From Fistulifera solaris (lineage: Eukaryota), in contig AP026146.1 in NCBI GenBank assembly GCA_030295235.1, forward strand, positions 1 to 64,000: 64,000 nucleotides of DNA, read 5' to 3'. The position numbers and the translations under genes were made by a program. Within the stretch, counting starts at the first letter, position 1. Every line of letters starts with the position of its first letter. Under the pieces are notes generated by a model, which worked only from the letters and a program-made list of their open reading frames with translations, was not told the DNA's origin and did no database searches. Below, in pieces: positions 38,956-51,739 of this stretch.

Positions 38956-40617
38956 TTTCAAAATTAAAATGCGATTTTTAACTTGCGTCTGCATTCAATT
39001 ACAAGAATGCGGCGTAAAATGAGGCGCACGCAACAAAGAGAAGATGAAGAATGCAAATACCAGGTACAGTATTGGTAAAACGGCTTTTTTGTTTCTTGTT
39101 TGTTTCGTTCCTCCGTCGGGAAAAGGCGGACATGATCCTGATTGCGGAACATCCAAGAACCGTTGTTCTCGTCCATCCGGGTCGTGGCGAGGAGCAAACT
39201 GTAACAGGAAACAGCCGAGAAAAATCCGACCTTCCGAAACAGCCTACTGTAGCAACCGAATGTACGGCCACTTTTCACTGGACTCAACGGTCGGACCTCC
39301 AGCTCAGAAAGGCTTCCGGAAGATCGAAACTCATCTTTGCTCTTTCCTCTTTCCACGGTCCAGTTAATTATTGAGGCTAAGGTAGAACGAAAACACAAAC
39401 GACATACGACGGACTGAGTATCTCCAGTCTCCAGTATCGTACAACGTACAACCAACGAGATCAACAGCACCAGACTTAGAAGTTTGAAGTTAGAATTATG
39501 GAAGAACAAAGAACATGAGACATGAGTTTAAAACGATAAAATAAGTTGGCGGCGCATGAAGCATGAAGAATATACCGGTACAAGTTTTTTTGGCAAAAAC
39601 AATAACACATATACTAATATTTATTCCTAATTTCCTAACGTCAAAATGTAATCTTGACATTCGACACCTTCGCTCTTCGCTCCGAGAACTGAAGATATTT
39701 TATCCGCCCCACAATGTCGGGCCTTTTCGGAAAATAATGACGTCATCGTCAACGTCGGTTTTTAGGTAAAAAATGGCTAAATGATTCACTATGCTGACGT
39801 CCTATCTCTACCCCTACAAGAGAACCGAGTCCCTAATACAAGTTAAAGAAACACAACTGGTCGATGCCATGAGTCGTTCACAAATCTCTCCTTATCTATA
39901 TCATGATCTTCATAAAGGTAAGCATCATTATGTATGTAAATAAACCGTTAAAATTAAGAAACGAAGTTATGCTGATGAATGATGAAGATGAGGATTCATG
40001 ATTCTTCAATGTAGTCATTGTCCGCCTAGAACACATTTGTTTAGTTCATCAAAAAATCTAAATCATGTTATGATCATGCTGCCGAGTAGTCTCTGCTGTA
40101 TCTTTTTGTTGGGTACGAGCACCAGAACGAATCGTAACTCCTCTTGTGGGTCGTATATTGTTGTTTCATTTCAACCAAAGGCGTCAAGATGTCGTCTCTC
40201 TCTAGAGAGAGACCGAATGAATAACAGAGAAAGTCTTACCATGAACTAAAAGTAAGTTAATAATTATGTCATGTCGGCAAGGACTATAACATGCGTCAAA
40301 AATGTGACAATTTGACTATGCTAATCGGATTAGAGGGCGCTTTAAGCTAGCGTCGATACCGATATGACGCGAATGTATGACGTACGGACGAACATGCCGA
40401 CGAAGAATGTTAATGGTTAATGAAGCGAAAAAGGATGAAGCGATATCATCGAGCCCACCAAAACAATGTGATAACTGTGCGATCTCCATCCTTGCAATTA
40501 ACAGAATTGCTGCTGATTGATTCCATTTCTATAAATTACCTGAATTGGCTACAAGATTAACTCGTGCTTACACGTCTCAATCGATTGAAGAAATATCTTT
40601 CGAAAGCTCGTAGCATC

Positions 40618-42948
40618 ATGTTTCTACCATTGACGATCGGCTTCTGGATATTCCAGTGCTTCTTGCAGAGCACAAGCGTCGCTACAGCCTTGAACGTCAG
40701 ATCTCAACAACAGCGTGTGACAAATTTGCTACACCGCATCGAACGACTCCGAACTACCCAGACGACGCTCAACTTTATGTCGCAACAACTCGACAGTTTG
40801 TGGTTTTATTTGCAACATGATTTCGGAACGACCGGAAAACTGTCGGAATTGGAAGATGCCATGTTACAACAAGAACCCCTTGAGATACTCGAACGCATGG
40901 CGTTGGTACGTCCGAAAGCTTTGACAGCCATGGAACAGCAACTGCAAGAATTCGAGCACTTGGCTACCATGGTGGCCATATCGGAATTGATGACGACCTT
41001 TCAGGATATGAAACAATCACCATCATCAACCGTAACACCATCCGACCAAGGAACAGCGACAAGTACTACTACACCCTTTACAAGTACATTGACACCAGCA
41101 AAGCCAAATGTCATATCATCAACGTCATCATCCACAAAGGTCCCTTCGTCCCTCGTTTTGGCCAATTTCCGTCGCGAGCAACAACAACAACAATTGAACA
41201 ATGAAACGGTCGTGGATGTTTGTATTGTCGGTGCCGGATTGGGTGGTTTGTGTGCGGGTGCCATATTGAATACATTGTATGGAAAACAAGTGGCAATATT
41301 CGAATCGCATTATTTACCGGGGGTTGTGCCCATGCCTTTCCACGACAAGTGGGCAATCTCCAATTTGTGATGGATTCGGGGCCGACCATTTTGACGGGAT
41401 GTTCCGGTAGTAGCCGAGTCAATGCCTTGCAGCAAGTCTTACAAGCCATCAATCAAACCGTTGAATGGATACCCTATCAATCGTGGGGAATGATTGAATC
41501 GCCGGGGACATCCAATGAACTTCGATGGAGTGTGCCCTTGGGAAAAGAAAAAGATGATACAAGGACCGATTCTACAATTTGGTGGAGCGGCTGCTGTGGA
41601 AGAATACAAAGCTTTGCAAGAATTGACCAAGTCGTTGACGGTCGGAGCCGAATTACCGGCCATGGCAATGCGACCGGGAAAAACAGCATTAGTTCCGTTG
41701 TTGCGCTATCTGCCCACCACTACGAAGTTGTTGAGTCAACCGATGGATCTGTTGACGGGTACTTTTGCACCGTACATAGACGGGCCACTATTTACCGTCC
41801 AAAGTCCTTGGTTACGGAATTGGCTCGATGCTTTGGCGTTTTCTTTGTCCGGACTTCCCGCCAATCGCACCGCGGCGGCGGCCATGGCGGTTATATTACA
41901 GGATATGGAAACGTCGCAATTGGATTATCCTGTCGGTGGGATGGGCAGTATCGTCGACGCATTGGTTCGTGGGGTCGAACAGGGCTCAACGGGCAGTAAA
42001 GTACATTTGCGTTCCCCTGTCAAGTCGATTGATTGCAACGATATTGCGAGTCGTTTCGTTGGAGTCACACTGGGCAATGGAACACGTATACGGGCGCGAC
42101 AAGGTGTTATCTGCAACGCACCTCTTTGGAGTTTGGCGGAGCTCATTAAGGATCCTCGTGCTCTCCGCAAACTGAACAATAACCAATTATACAATCCACC
42201 GGCATCTTCCGAGTCTTCCTCGACACTACCGCGACGACGCACATCATGGGCCAACAATCGCATCGTCAACCATCGCGACAGCACGGCTACTATAGACACA
42301 GAATCGTTGTTACAAAAATGCGAATCGATGGAAATGACTGGCTCCTTCATGCATTTGCATTTGGCCTTGAATGCTTCAGGCCTAGATCTCGCTACCCTGG
42401 AAGCACACTACACGGTGATGGATCGTGGTCTTGGTGGTCACAATTCCACAGACGGTCCCACCGGTATTCTCAATATGATTGCAGTGTCCAATCCGTGTAG
42501 ACTGGATCCGAACTTGGCGCCACCCGGAACTATTGTTGTTCATGCTTATGGAGCCGCCAATGAACCTTATGACATCTGGGAAAGAATGGATCGGAAGTCG
42601 ACTGAATATCGTATATTGAAGCAAAAGCGCTCTGAACCACTTTGGCGAGCCGTCGAAAGTATCATTCCCGACGCACGTGAACGAGTTTTATTGGAACTGA
42701 TCGGTTCGCCACTGACTCACGAGCGCTTTTTACGACGTCCCGGTGGAACGTACGGAAGCGCTACGGAAGATTATCTGCCCAATGGCCTCACATATTTCGA
42801 AAGTTTAGTTCTCGCGAATGACGGTGTGTTCCCCGGTATTGGTGTTCCGGCCGTGGCGATCGCCGGAGCGAGTGCCGCACATGCGTTTGTTTCGATCGGA
42901 GAGCAATGGTCTGTTCTCAACAAGATAGAGCGAAAACGACAACACTAG
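40618..42948 (+). CDS. FAD-dependent carotenoid isomerase (CRTISO)/phytoene-dehydrogenase-like oxidoreductase; frameshifts near 41320 and 41550
   Basis: DVCIVGAGLGGL, GGCAHAF..DSGPT, YPVGGMGSIVDALV, SFMHLHL, GSPLTHERFLRR..GTYG, FPGIGVPAVA. Confidence 0.85.
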
Positions 42949-43079
42949 GCACGCATGGCAAGCCGGATGTGGTGCAACAATTCAACATCTACTGATTCAG
43001 CTATGACGAGATTCAAGTTTTGGACATGAAATACAACAATGCAGGTAATAAATCTACGGCCTCCGTACGAAAGCGACGG

Positions 43080-44417
43080 TCACGATACCTCCGCGTGTTG
43101 CGGGTACACTCGCGTGAGAGGTGTTAATAGGTTGGAACTGGCATTGACCACTTGCGAATATGTAGGAAACAATCCCAGTGGAGGAATGTGTATCTTTTTT
43201 CTTTTCTTCCAGTGTGTCTGGACGTTTATATCGGTGCGTCCTTGTTCTTTGAACAATTGGGCGAGTTCAAACATCCAATAATGCCTGGCTGATTTGTATT
43301 GGGTGCTCGGTCGGCAGCAATCGGGCGGTGCACCGCCTTTCAACCAAGGTTTCGCCAGACCCGTAAAATGAACAAAACAATTGAAAGGATATTTTGATTG
43401 GGAGTGCTTGCCTGGTAGACGAATCATGGGACTCTCTTTGTTCAGAAAAACGTCCGTGGTTTGATGAAAAGGTCGTATTTTGGGTACGGCGGCACCGTTC
43501 CATCCATAGTGAGTCACAACTCCCGTACGATGCAGGACACTGACGGATTTGCGATGATATTTGGTGTAATAGTAAAGCAGACCCTGATCCGCAAAGGCTG
43601 CGAGAAAAGACCATTGTGTTCCGCTCTGAAGTTTACTGGTCCAAGGATCATTGGTTAGATTTTGACCCCAGCCCATGGTGAGATCAAAGTGCGGATAATC
43701 GAGTTTGGCAGCCTCGTGTTCTCGTCTTGCAATGATCTGTTGAATTTCGTCGAGATATCCTGTTTTTAAAAGAAAGAATCCGCCATTAAAAGGCTCTCTC
43801 AGACCTTCGATCACCACATTTTCTTGGAAGTGGAGCGAAGACAGGAACGGATCCAAGTTGCACAGAGGCATGATATCGCCATCCAGAAAGAGAACTTTTT
43901 CGTATTGCTGCAATCCCAGGATTCGGAATTTATCCAATTGTGTTCGATAAAAGCTTTCGCGTCCAGTCCATTGCGGTGGGATGGAGTAGATGATGACATT
44001 CTGCGAGTCCAGCAACTGCAAGTCTTCAATCGGAAGTTGAGACTCGGTGCTTGTTTGCGACATTTGAAAGAGGGCGACCACATCGGCTTGACTGCCCAGA
44101 CGTTTCAAAATGCGGGCGGCGACGGCAATACTGAACAAATAATTTTGATAGGTGGGACGATTGGCTGGATCGCAACCGCCAATGACAAACGCATATGCGT
44201 AGCGAGATTTGCCGTCTGCTAAAACGGATGACGGAGGCTCAGGAATCATCCCATATGGTGGTTCATGATAGAATTGAAAAAGGTCCGTGAGCTGATACAA
44301 ATTGCGCAAGTTGTGCCAAATCGCTACGATGATGACAAGAAAGGCTCCCACTATCTTCCATGTTCGCTTTTTTTCTTTGTGGTAGAAGCAGGCTAGACAT
44401 GCCGGATGATAGGCCAT
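43080..44417 (-). CDS. GT8/glycogenin-like type II membrane glycosyltransferase
   Basis: TM segment, KFRIL.L.QYEKVLFLDGD, FNGGFFLLK, DQGLLY, VHFTGLAKPW. Confidence 0.85.
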   Translation of the reverse strand: MAYHPACLACFYHKEKKRTWKIVGAFLVIIVAIWHNLRNLYQLTDLFQFYHEPPYGMIPEPPSSVLADGKSRYAYAFVIGGCDPANRPTYQNYLFSIAVAARILKRLGSQADVVALFQMSQTSTESQLPIEDLQLLDSQNVIIYSIPPQWTGRESFYRTQLDKFRILGLQQYEKVLFLDGDIMPLCNLDPFLSSLHFQENVVIEGLREPFNGGFFLLKTGYLDEIQQIIARREHEAAKLDYPHFDLTMGWGQNLTNDPWTSKLQSGTQWSFLAAFADQGLLYYYTKYHRKSVSVLHRTGVVTHYGWNGAAVPKIRPFHQTTDVFLNKESPMIRLPGKHSQSKYPFNCFVHFTGLAKPWLKGGAPPDCCRPSTQYKSARHYWMFELAQLFKEQGRTDINVQTHWKKRKKIHIPPLGLFPTYSQVVNASSNLLTPLTRVYPQHAEVS

Positions 44418-44730
44418 GGGCTTTCGTTTTCGTAGGGAATCATTTTTTAAAGCATGGGAGTCACCAGAAAGAAAAGAAGAAAAAATAATAATAGTGCACA
44501 GAGCACAGCCACTAGGCTGTCTTCCAAAGTCAATAGTTGAAGTACTCGAGTGCTCGAGCGTGCTGGGAGGATGTCGGAACGGCTTCTTTTGTACGAATTC
44601 CCTATACAACATTCAAGTACATATTGTGGTATAGATATCAGTACTAGGACTTTAAAACTACACAAAAATTCAAAGCAGTGCCGTTTGCTTTTAAAATACG
44701 AATTAGTGTAGCTAATTTTTTCTTGAAGAA

Positions 44731-44889
44731 TTCTTCTTTCGAAAGAAGAAAGTTTCTTTCGAAAGAAGAACGAAAGAAAAGCTTCTTTCGAAAGAAACTT
44801 TCTTCTTTCGAAAGAAGGAAAAAATTCTTGGTACATTCTCTACACAAGTTCTACGCAGTATAAAAGAAGAAACCTTCTTTCGAAAGAAA
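44731..44889. repeat. Cluster of 5 palindromic TTCTTTCGAAAGAA motifs
   Basis: Perfect 20-bp palindrome TTCTTCTTTCGAAAGAAGAA at 44731 plus four more core copies. Confidence 0.9.
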
Positions 44890-45818
44890 CTCGTCGATCG
44901 AGTCGTGGTTAATTTTTCAGTTTCCTGTTGAATGTACTAAAATAATAAGTGAATTATTAAGGCCCCAGTACTGATTCAGAAAGCCGAAATCGTCGATTCG
45001 GCACAAGTTTATACTGTGTAATACGGGTATTAGCTCAAAAGATGTATAATCGACACCCTCCCTGGGCACGTCGTAAATTATTCCCGACACAATAAAGCCC
45101 CAATTCTCATACAAAACTGTACTTTTAGTCCGAGTACCGCTCTTTGAATAAAATAAAAGATTGTATTCTGTTATTAAAATATTTGCTTCGGTACGACAGA
45201 TGGTGACCAGGGAGCGGTGCAATACTGGAACAGCATACAAGTAAATGATCAGGGATGACGTCGAAATTTCAATTCAGCGATTGTAGCGAAAAAAGTTTTT
45301 TTATAAATAATTCCCGAAAAATTCTGCGATGACTTCTATGCTACTTGTATGTGTTCCACAAAATATTTTCATTTGATTATATTTTTATGTTCATGTCGAC
45401 ATAAAAATATTTCCGTTTGAAAATATTTTGGCGCGAGAATATACTTTTTCCTTAATCTTGTGATCTCGGATTCCGTCCCAGGAAGAATAGAGGAATTCCG
45501 TCGCCAAAAGAACTGTTGTGCAATAAGGTTAGTAAACCCCTGTCCCTGTCCCGTGTCTGCCTATCTCATTTTTTCTCATTTTTTGCGGTTCGAAAAGGAG
45601 GTGCGATGGCAGAGCAGAAGACAAGAGAAGCACGCAAGATACTTATCAAAGATCTTGAAAGCGGAGCGTTGCCCATTGACAACAAGGACTGCACTGAGGA
45701 AGAAGCTTGGGAGCGGTACAAAGGCATGATTGCCTTTCTTCATGTACCATACAAGCAATTCTTTACTTACCTCCAATAATCTTAATCGGTGATCCTTTGG
45801 GCGTCATGGCAAACAAAA

Positions 45819-48270
45819 TCACAATTTAAATTTTATGGGTATGGACAATGGGTATGGACAAGTAGTCTCAGTGAACCTTGTCACTTCTGTTTGGCGCAAA
45901 AGCATGCCAAAAAAGTTTTCCAAATGATCACAGTCAGCATGTAAATACAAAGTATAGAATGGACTATTTCCTTGGCCATTGTGTTTTGGCTTCATCGCAA
46001 TGCAGTGTTTGTTGTTGTGCGTAAGGGCTGGTTTCATGGACGGGCAATAAACTCCGCTTTAATTGTGTGGTAGTACATTAACAACTATAGTAAATACGTA
46101 GCCATTTGGAAGCGCATATTCTTGCAGGTGTCGTTTGGCAAATAAAGATATGAAAAATTGACCCTTCTTCATGCAAATTTCATGACGACATTGAACTCCC
46201 ATAGAAATTCGTGTATCACAATTGCATCGCTCCCCCATGGCAATAATAAAGCCCATCCTCAAGACCTCTACGGACAACTTTCACAGCATTATGGGGCATC
46301 AATGTTAAAATGTAATTGCTGGCTGCTGCTTTTTCGACACTCCAAATTTGTGAGTAAGCATATTTCGAAAGGTTATTCAACGCCTCAGATTCTGATGGAT
46401 CTGTCTTTGATAGTTGTTGTGAACGAATACTACAGTTCTGATGGTACTGAAGATCGGCTACATGATGCTGTTGTCCAATCTCATGCTGTCTTTGAAGGAG
46501 CTGCTCAACCTGTTCAAAAAGTTCACGTGATCCACCCGATCCAAGATGAGCTTGAATGCTGGAGTGATTGGCCTCGGCGGGAGTATCACCTTTTCTCCCA
46601 AGACTCATTGGAATGTTATTGATAACATAAGATGCACATTTATGAGGCTGGTTCATAAATCCCTCCTTGAAGTAATGGTACTTTTCAGGAGTAGCAATTA
46701 GGATCTCTGAAATAGCGGCACATGCTTGATCAAAGCCGTCCTTGGTTTTTGAGTTCAACATTTTGCGGGCATCATCTGAAATGCGATCAAAAGAGATTTT
46801 CCCAGCTCTTTCGGCCAAACAAAGTTGAGAAGGTGAAAATGGTCCCATAAAATACTTGTAGTGTCAGTAGAGAGTCCAATCATTGGAAGTAAACCGTCCG
46901 TCAAAAACAGTCCCCATAGATAAGACGGAGACTATCTTTTGGCCGACGGGCACCATGCTTGAAGAGATTGTTGAGAACAAATGCATAGGCAGAAGTGATT
47001 CTTCAATGATGATACATTCACAAACAACCTGCACCCTCAATTCTGCCGTCAAAACTACGGGACCAATGTAAGGCCAGTGGAGTACATTAAATTGACGTTT
47101 CATACTGTCGAGGTAGATAGAATCACCACATTTAATCCACGCTTTCTTCATTCTTCCAGTCATCCACCAAATTCCGATTGGCCTGCCAGCATTATCCATT
47201 GCAATCTCAAATTCAAAAGCAGGATCACTAGCCTTCAGAGTTTCAAGATATTGCTTAACCACCCAAGTACCATCAGAATTCTGCAATGTATCAAGTAGGA
47301 GCTCTTTAGCTTTTGAAGTTGCTTCATCGGGTAGACAGTTGAATTTCATCATTGCCGCCGAGTCCCTGTCTTTTTGCAAGGTTACCCATCTCAGTAATTG
47401 CAACATCTATGTTACCTGTCAAGTATGCTCGGCGCAATTGTACGGGCATTTCTGATATGATTTGCTGTAATGTCAACATCACTTGGCAGAAATTGGCATA
47501 GTATTACGCGGACTTACGTCGTTTCCCCGGGTAAGCATGGTACTAACAACCAACATTTCAGTCAGATCTCGAGGAAGATTATTGACAGAATATGCTCCAG
47601 AAGCCTTTTTAGCAAGAATAAGGCTTTCCTTCCCAATGGGATGATTGTGTTGACAGCAGTCAAGAGAGTTAATTTGTATCATAGTTTTCACCCGATTGTG
47701 GCTCTTGATTATCTTCAAGCTTTGATTCTTTTTGCTCATCGGTAGGATAATAGCCAGTACTTATTTTAAACTGGCAGCCCACTTTCTTGAGGGATTCACT
47801 ACGGATCCGTTTTCTTGGGTGTGGATACTTGAGACTTGTATTCATTATCTCGATTTTTCCCTCCGTGAGGAGCACAAGAAATAAAAGCCGTCTTCAATTT
47901 TGAGCTGAAAGCCCCACATTTTAGCAAGCTCCTGTGCCATTTGGAATGCTTGATAGATATTATAGAACAATCTTTTAGCTTTGAAGACCTTCGAAAAGGC
48001 AAGCTCGAGACGGGAAGTATTGCTTACAATACCATCATTTATGTCAATATCGGCATCTGGGCCATCTCCAATGACGGGTTTGCAGCAATCAATCTCTTCC
48101 CGTAGCTCTGGTGTTAGCCAGTCAAGCTTTTTCAGCATCAAAGGTTTAATACCAACAACGCTGGCAGCATCAATTGTACTTTGCTGGGGTGGAAATGGTA
48201 TGTTAAAAGCCGCACCCTGCTCAGATAGCAAATCGTTGTCAACAGAAATATCCATGTCTGTGTCTTCCAT
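45819..48270 (-). mobile_element. Mutator-like (MULE) transposase with SWIM finger, multiply frameshifted
   Basis: YLETLKASDP.FEF..D..GRP.GIWW, IYLDS..QFN..WPY, AEANHS, SWIM CNC.....GVQCRHE; N-terminal FAR1-like GFQ....F.C and K..C.F. Confidence 0.85.
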
Positions 48271-48780
48271 TGTTTGAAATAGTTATTGATATAATGGTTT
48301 GTGTTGCAGAGTGTGCAGGATCTTTGTAAAGCAAGTAATGGTTAGAGGACAAAGCCAAAAAGCGGCAATGGTTGCATAGATCATGCGGACCGCTCAACAC
48401 TCAACACTATAAGTTGGCCAATTTGCAACTTGGCCGAGAGATCTTGTGATCTCAAGAAACGAAAGTACACTTCTGACCTATATTTCATAATAGCCGTTAT
48501 ACGATGGTTACATTACTTAGGGGGGAGCAGTGCCGTTTCTGTGTGACGTAACAAGCGGTACCAACAGCCAATCAGAATGCGTTCACCCAAATAGTCACCC
48601 GAATAACGTTCACCCGAATAACAGTTCTCCCTTAAATTAGTAACCTTACTTCATGCGTTAAGCGTTAACCCTTCGCGAAAAATGCGTTTTCCATCTCGAC
48701 GCAGAAAAAACAGAAAGGAATCTGGAATCCAAAGAAAATATTTTCACTTCAGAATATATTTCGGCGCCAACATATATTCT

Positions 48781-48840
48781 GGAATGAAAATATTTTTATC
48801 ACGGAATGAAAATATTTTTATCACGGAATGAAAATATTTT
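48781..48840. repeat. 22-bp tandem repeat (GGAATGAAAATATTTTTATCAC), ~2.7 copies
   Basis: Units start at 48781, 48803 and 48825. Confidence 0.9.
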
Positions 48841-50747
48841 CTAGCCGAGATGTTTCATATCTATAGTGACAATTTCCTGTTGCTGTTTCAATGATGCAAC
48901 AAGATGATTTGTGTTTCAAGATCTCAAGTATAGATTTAAGCGAGAGTTATGGTTGGTTTAAGAAGTGGGTACACTCAAACCCATACTCGTTACTTTTCTC
49001 GCGACACTGATCAATACTGTAAACTGGGATAGGACAAACGATAAACCCTCCGGTACCGAATCTACTAGAATTGATCCGACTGGGATCGGAACGGTACTCG
49101 CATTGTTGTCTACGCAATATTTTAACGCCGTGCCCTGTAGAGGAACTTTTTTGTGGCTGGTGGCTGGTGGCTTTAATAATTGAACGACATACTGAATACG
49201 AAACAGAAATTGTAATTAGATGCTGAATAGTCTACTACCAGGTACGGAACCGAAACCTGTAAGTTGTAAGTGTTAGACTAATCCGTAGATGCAATCTCTA
49301 GGCCTCTAGAGGTGCCGAGTGCCGATCCAGAGACTTGTACAAGTACTTGGTAAGAAAGTGGCCAATATTTAACCCCTCCTTAATAATTAATTCGGATTTG
49401 GGGTTGAGCAATTCTACCAGGTATTGTGGGACCGTGAGTCACGGCTCATGACTCATGATTCATGATTCATTCAGCCACCGATGGGCAACGACCGATAACG
49501 GATGACGAAGCCTAGAATGATACATCATTGCGGCCATTAAGACCATATTGTGATCGAAAAATTATCTGGGGGTTCTCCTTTTATGGTTGTACCTTTATAA
49601 AGTTTTCACCACGACTTGCGCGCGAGCTATGGATCGTCGGCACTTCAATTTGCATGATTATTCGTTCACGATGAACAATCCTTACCTGAACCTCTCTTTC
49701 CATTAGGTAAAATAATAAGCGCACTTCTTCTCCAAGGTAGATCTCCTTGGTGGGGCAGCAACAGCATCGTTTATGCTACTTTTAGGATGTTTTACATAAT
49801 GTATCCACGAACGTGACTGAATCAGTCCCACAATGCCGTGTCCTATGTCCTTATCCGTCGGATCGACTGGCGTTGTCGTGGACCTGATCGAAAGCGTCTT
49901 ATGTCATTGGTGGTGCTTTCTTTTTTACAGTAAACTTATTAATCGAATTGGATTCGACGTTGGAGCATTTTTGTTAAAGACAGCACGACGCACGTCACCT
50001 CAATTGCGGAGCGAAATTTTCGACCTCATCCACATTTTTTAGTAAAGCTTGAAATTTGAAACGAATGACAACCACACACGTCATTGCAATTTCAAGATGC
50101 CCATCCTTCTCTTTGGCCTATTGTGTGAGAACCCCCTGGAGACTGCGGGAAATATGATAACTATGAAAACTGGAAATAACACGAAAAAGATAGGCATTGA
50201 TGTACCTGTAAAATGTCCTTTGAATCAAGGCGCACTGTTGATTTTTCTTTAAAAAACAGAAAAAATACAAAAAATGCGATTTTGAATTTTTCCTGGATGC
50301 GAACTCTGAATTCGCAGAGATTGTAGAAAAATTGCACACTGCAGTTGCCGGTGCAGTACTGTGCTACGTGCTACGTACCAAGTACGAGACGGTCATACGG
50401 ACCAACAACAGAGACTGAAATCCTGACCTCAGTCGTGGTTCGTAGTGCTGAAAAAATCGTGCAGCGTGGAGCGTGGAGCCTACAAAGTACAGTGGAAACG
50501 ATACACAAGCACATATATGACAATGCCACCATCCTGGCAACTGGCAACGACATTTGGCGATAGAGTCCTCGACTCCGTACACACACAAACAGAAAGTTGC
50601 GATTTGTCACGCTCTCGCACATTCAGCCATTCAGCTGTCAACAAGTAGAATTTTTCTTGGTGATTGGATCATCAAGTTACGATGAAGATACAGTTTAATT
50701 ATTCTTCTAATCAGACTAGAGAGTTCTTGAGAAGTGGGTGTTTCATA

Positions 50748-51612
50748 ATGGGCGAGTCGCTGGACATGCGCAGCTACAAGCCCACTTTGGTTCAAACGCG
50801 ACGCTTCATGTCGCACTTTGGCGTATCGCCAACACAATGCTCTCAGCTGTGGATCTTATTGAAAGTCCCTGAGAATGGACGCTTCAAGCATCTGCTTTGG
50901 GCCCTACTGAAATTGAAAGTTTATGCAACAGAGGAAGTTTTAAGTGGCATGGCCGGATGCGATGAAAAGACCTTTCGAAAGTGGTCCGACCAGTTTATCA
51001 CTGCACTGGCATTGCTCTCTACTCGATTGGTAAGTCTTTTGCGCTGATTACCTGTTGCACTTTGTATATCGCTAACAATATGTTTTCTTATAGATAAAGT
51101 GGAACAGCCGAACGAAATCTGGTATTCATACATTTTCGGTTGATGGGACTGACTGTCCGATTAACGAACCGAGTCCGTTTTCGCCCAAATGGTATTCGCA
51201 CAAATTCAGAAGCGCCGGACTACGTTATGAAATTGCTGTCTCGCTTTTTGACAGTGAAATGATCTGGATCAATGGCCCTTTTCCTTGCGGGGAATTTCCT
51301 GATTCAAAGATTTTTCGACGAAACCTTGCCGGTCAGCTTTCGAAGGGTGAAAAGGAATAGCAGACCAAGGCTATCGTTCGATCTCCCAGCTGACAATAAA
51401 AAAATCGTGGTCATCAGAAAGGGAAATTGATTTTGATTGGAAAAGCTTTGGCGCGTCATGAAAACGTAAATCAACGAATTAAGCGGTTTGGATGTCTGCG
51501 CCAGCAATTCCGACATGAATTGAAACGGCATGTTTATTACTTCCGAGCAGTTGCATCGGTTGTACAGCTTCGACTAAAAACCGATAACCCTATCAACTCT
51601 CTACCGAAGTAG
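50748..51612 (+). CDS. DDE_Tnp_4/Harbinger-like transposase; intron 51030-51093; frameshifts near 51350-51430
   Basis: HTH-like HLLWALLKLKVY..EKTFRKW; SVDGTDC, WYSHKF..GLRYE, NGPFPCG..PD..IF, ADQGY, ARHENVNQRIK.F..L...FRH. Confidence 0.88.
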
Positions 51613-51739
51613 ACACTAAAGTAGATAAATATCATTCAATTAACCTATAGCATGCAAACTTTAATCGAATGAATGAGAATAGGCGCGCAATTTATTCTTC
51701 TTCAGATTTTTGGTTCTTGGTGGGTGCCTTCCTCAAGGA

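Noticed and set aside
44447..44863. Phe/Arg/Lys-rich ORFs on both strands
   Set aside because: By-product of the palindromic TTCTTTCGAAAGAA repeats
45455..48453. 13-bp direct repeat ATCTTGTGATCTC as the MULE TSD
   Set aside because: Sequences just inside the repeats are not inverted repeats, and 13 bp exceeds the usual 9-11 bp
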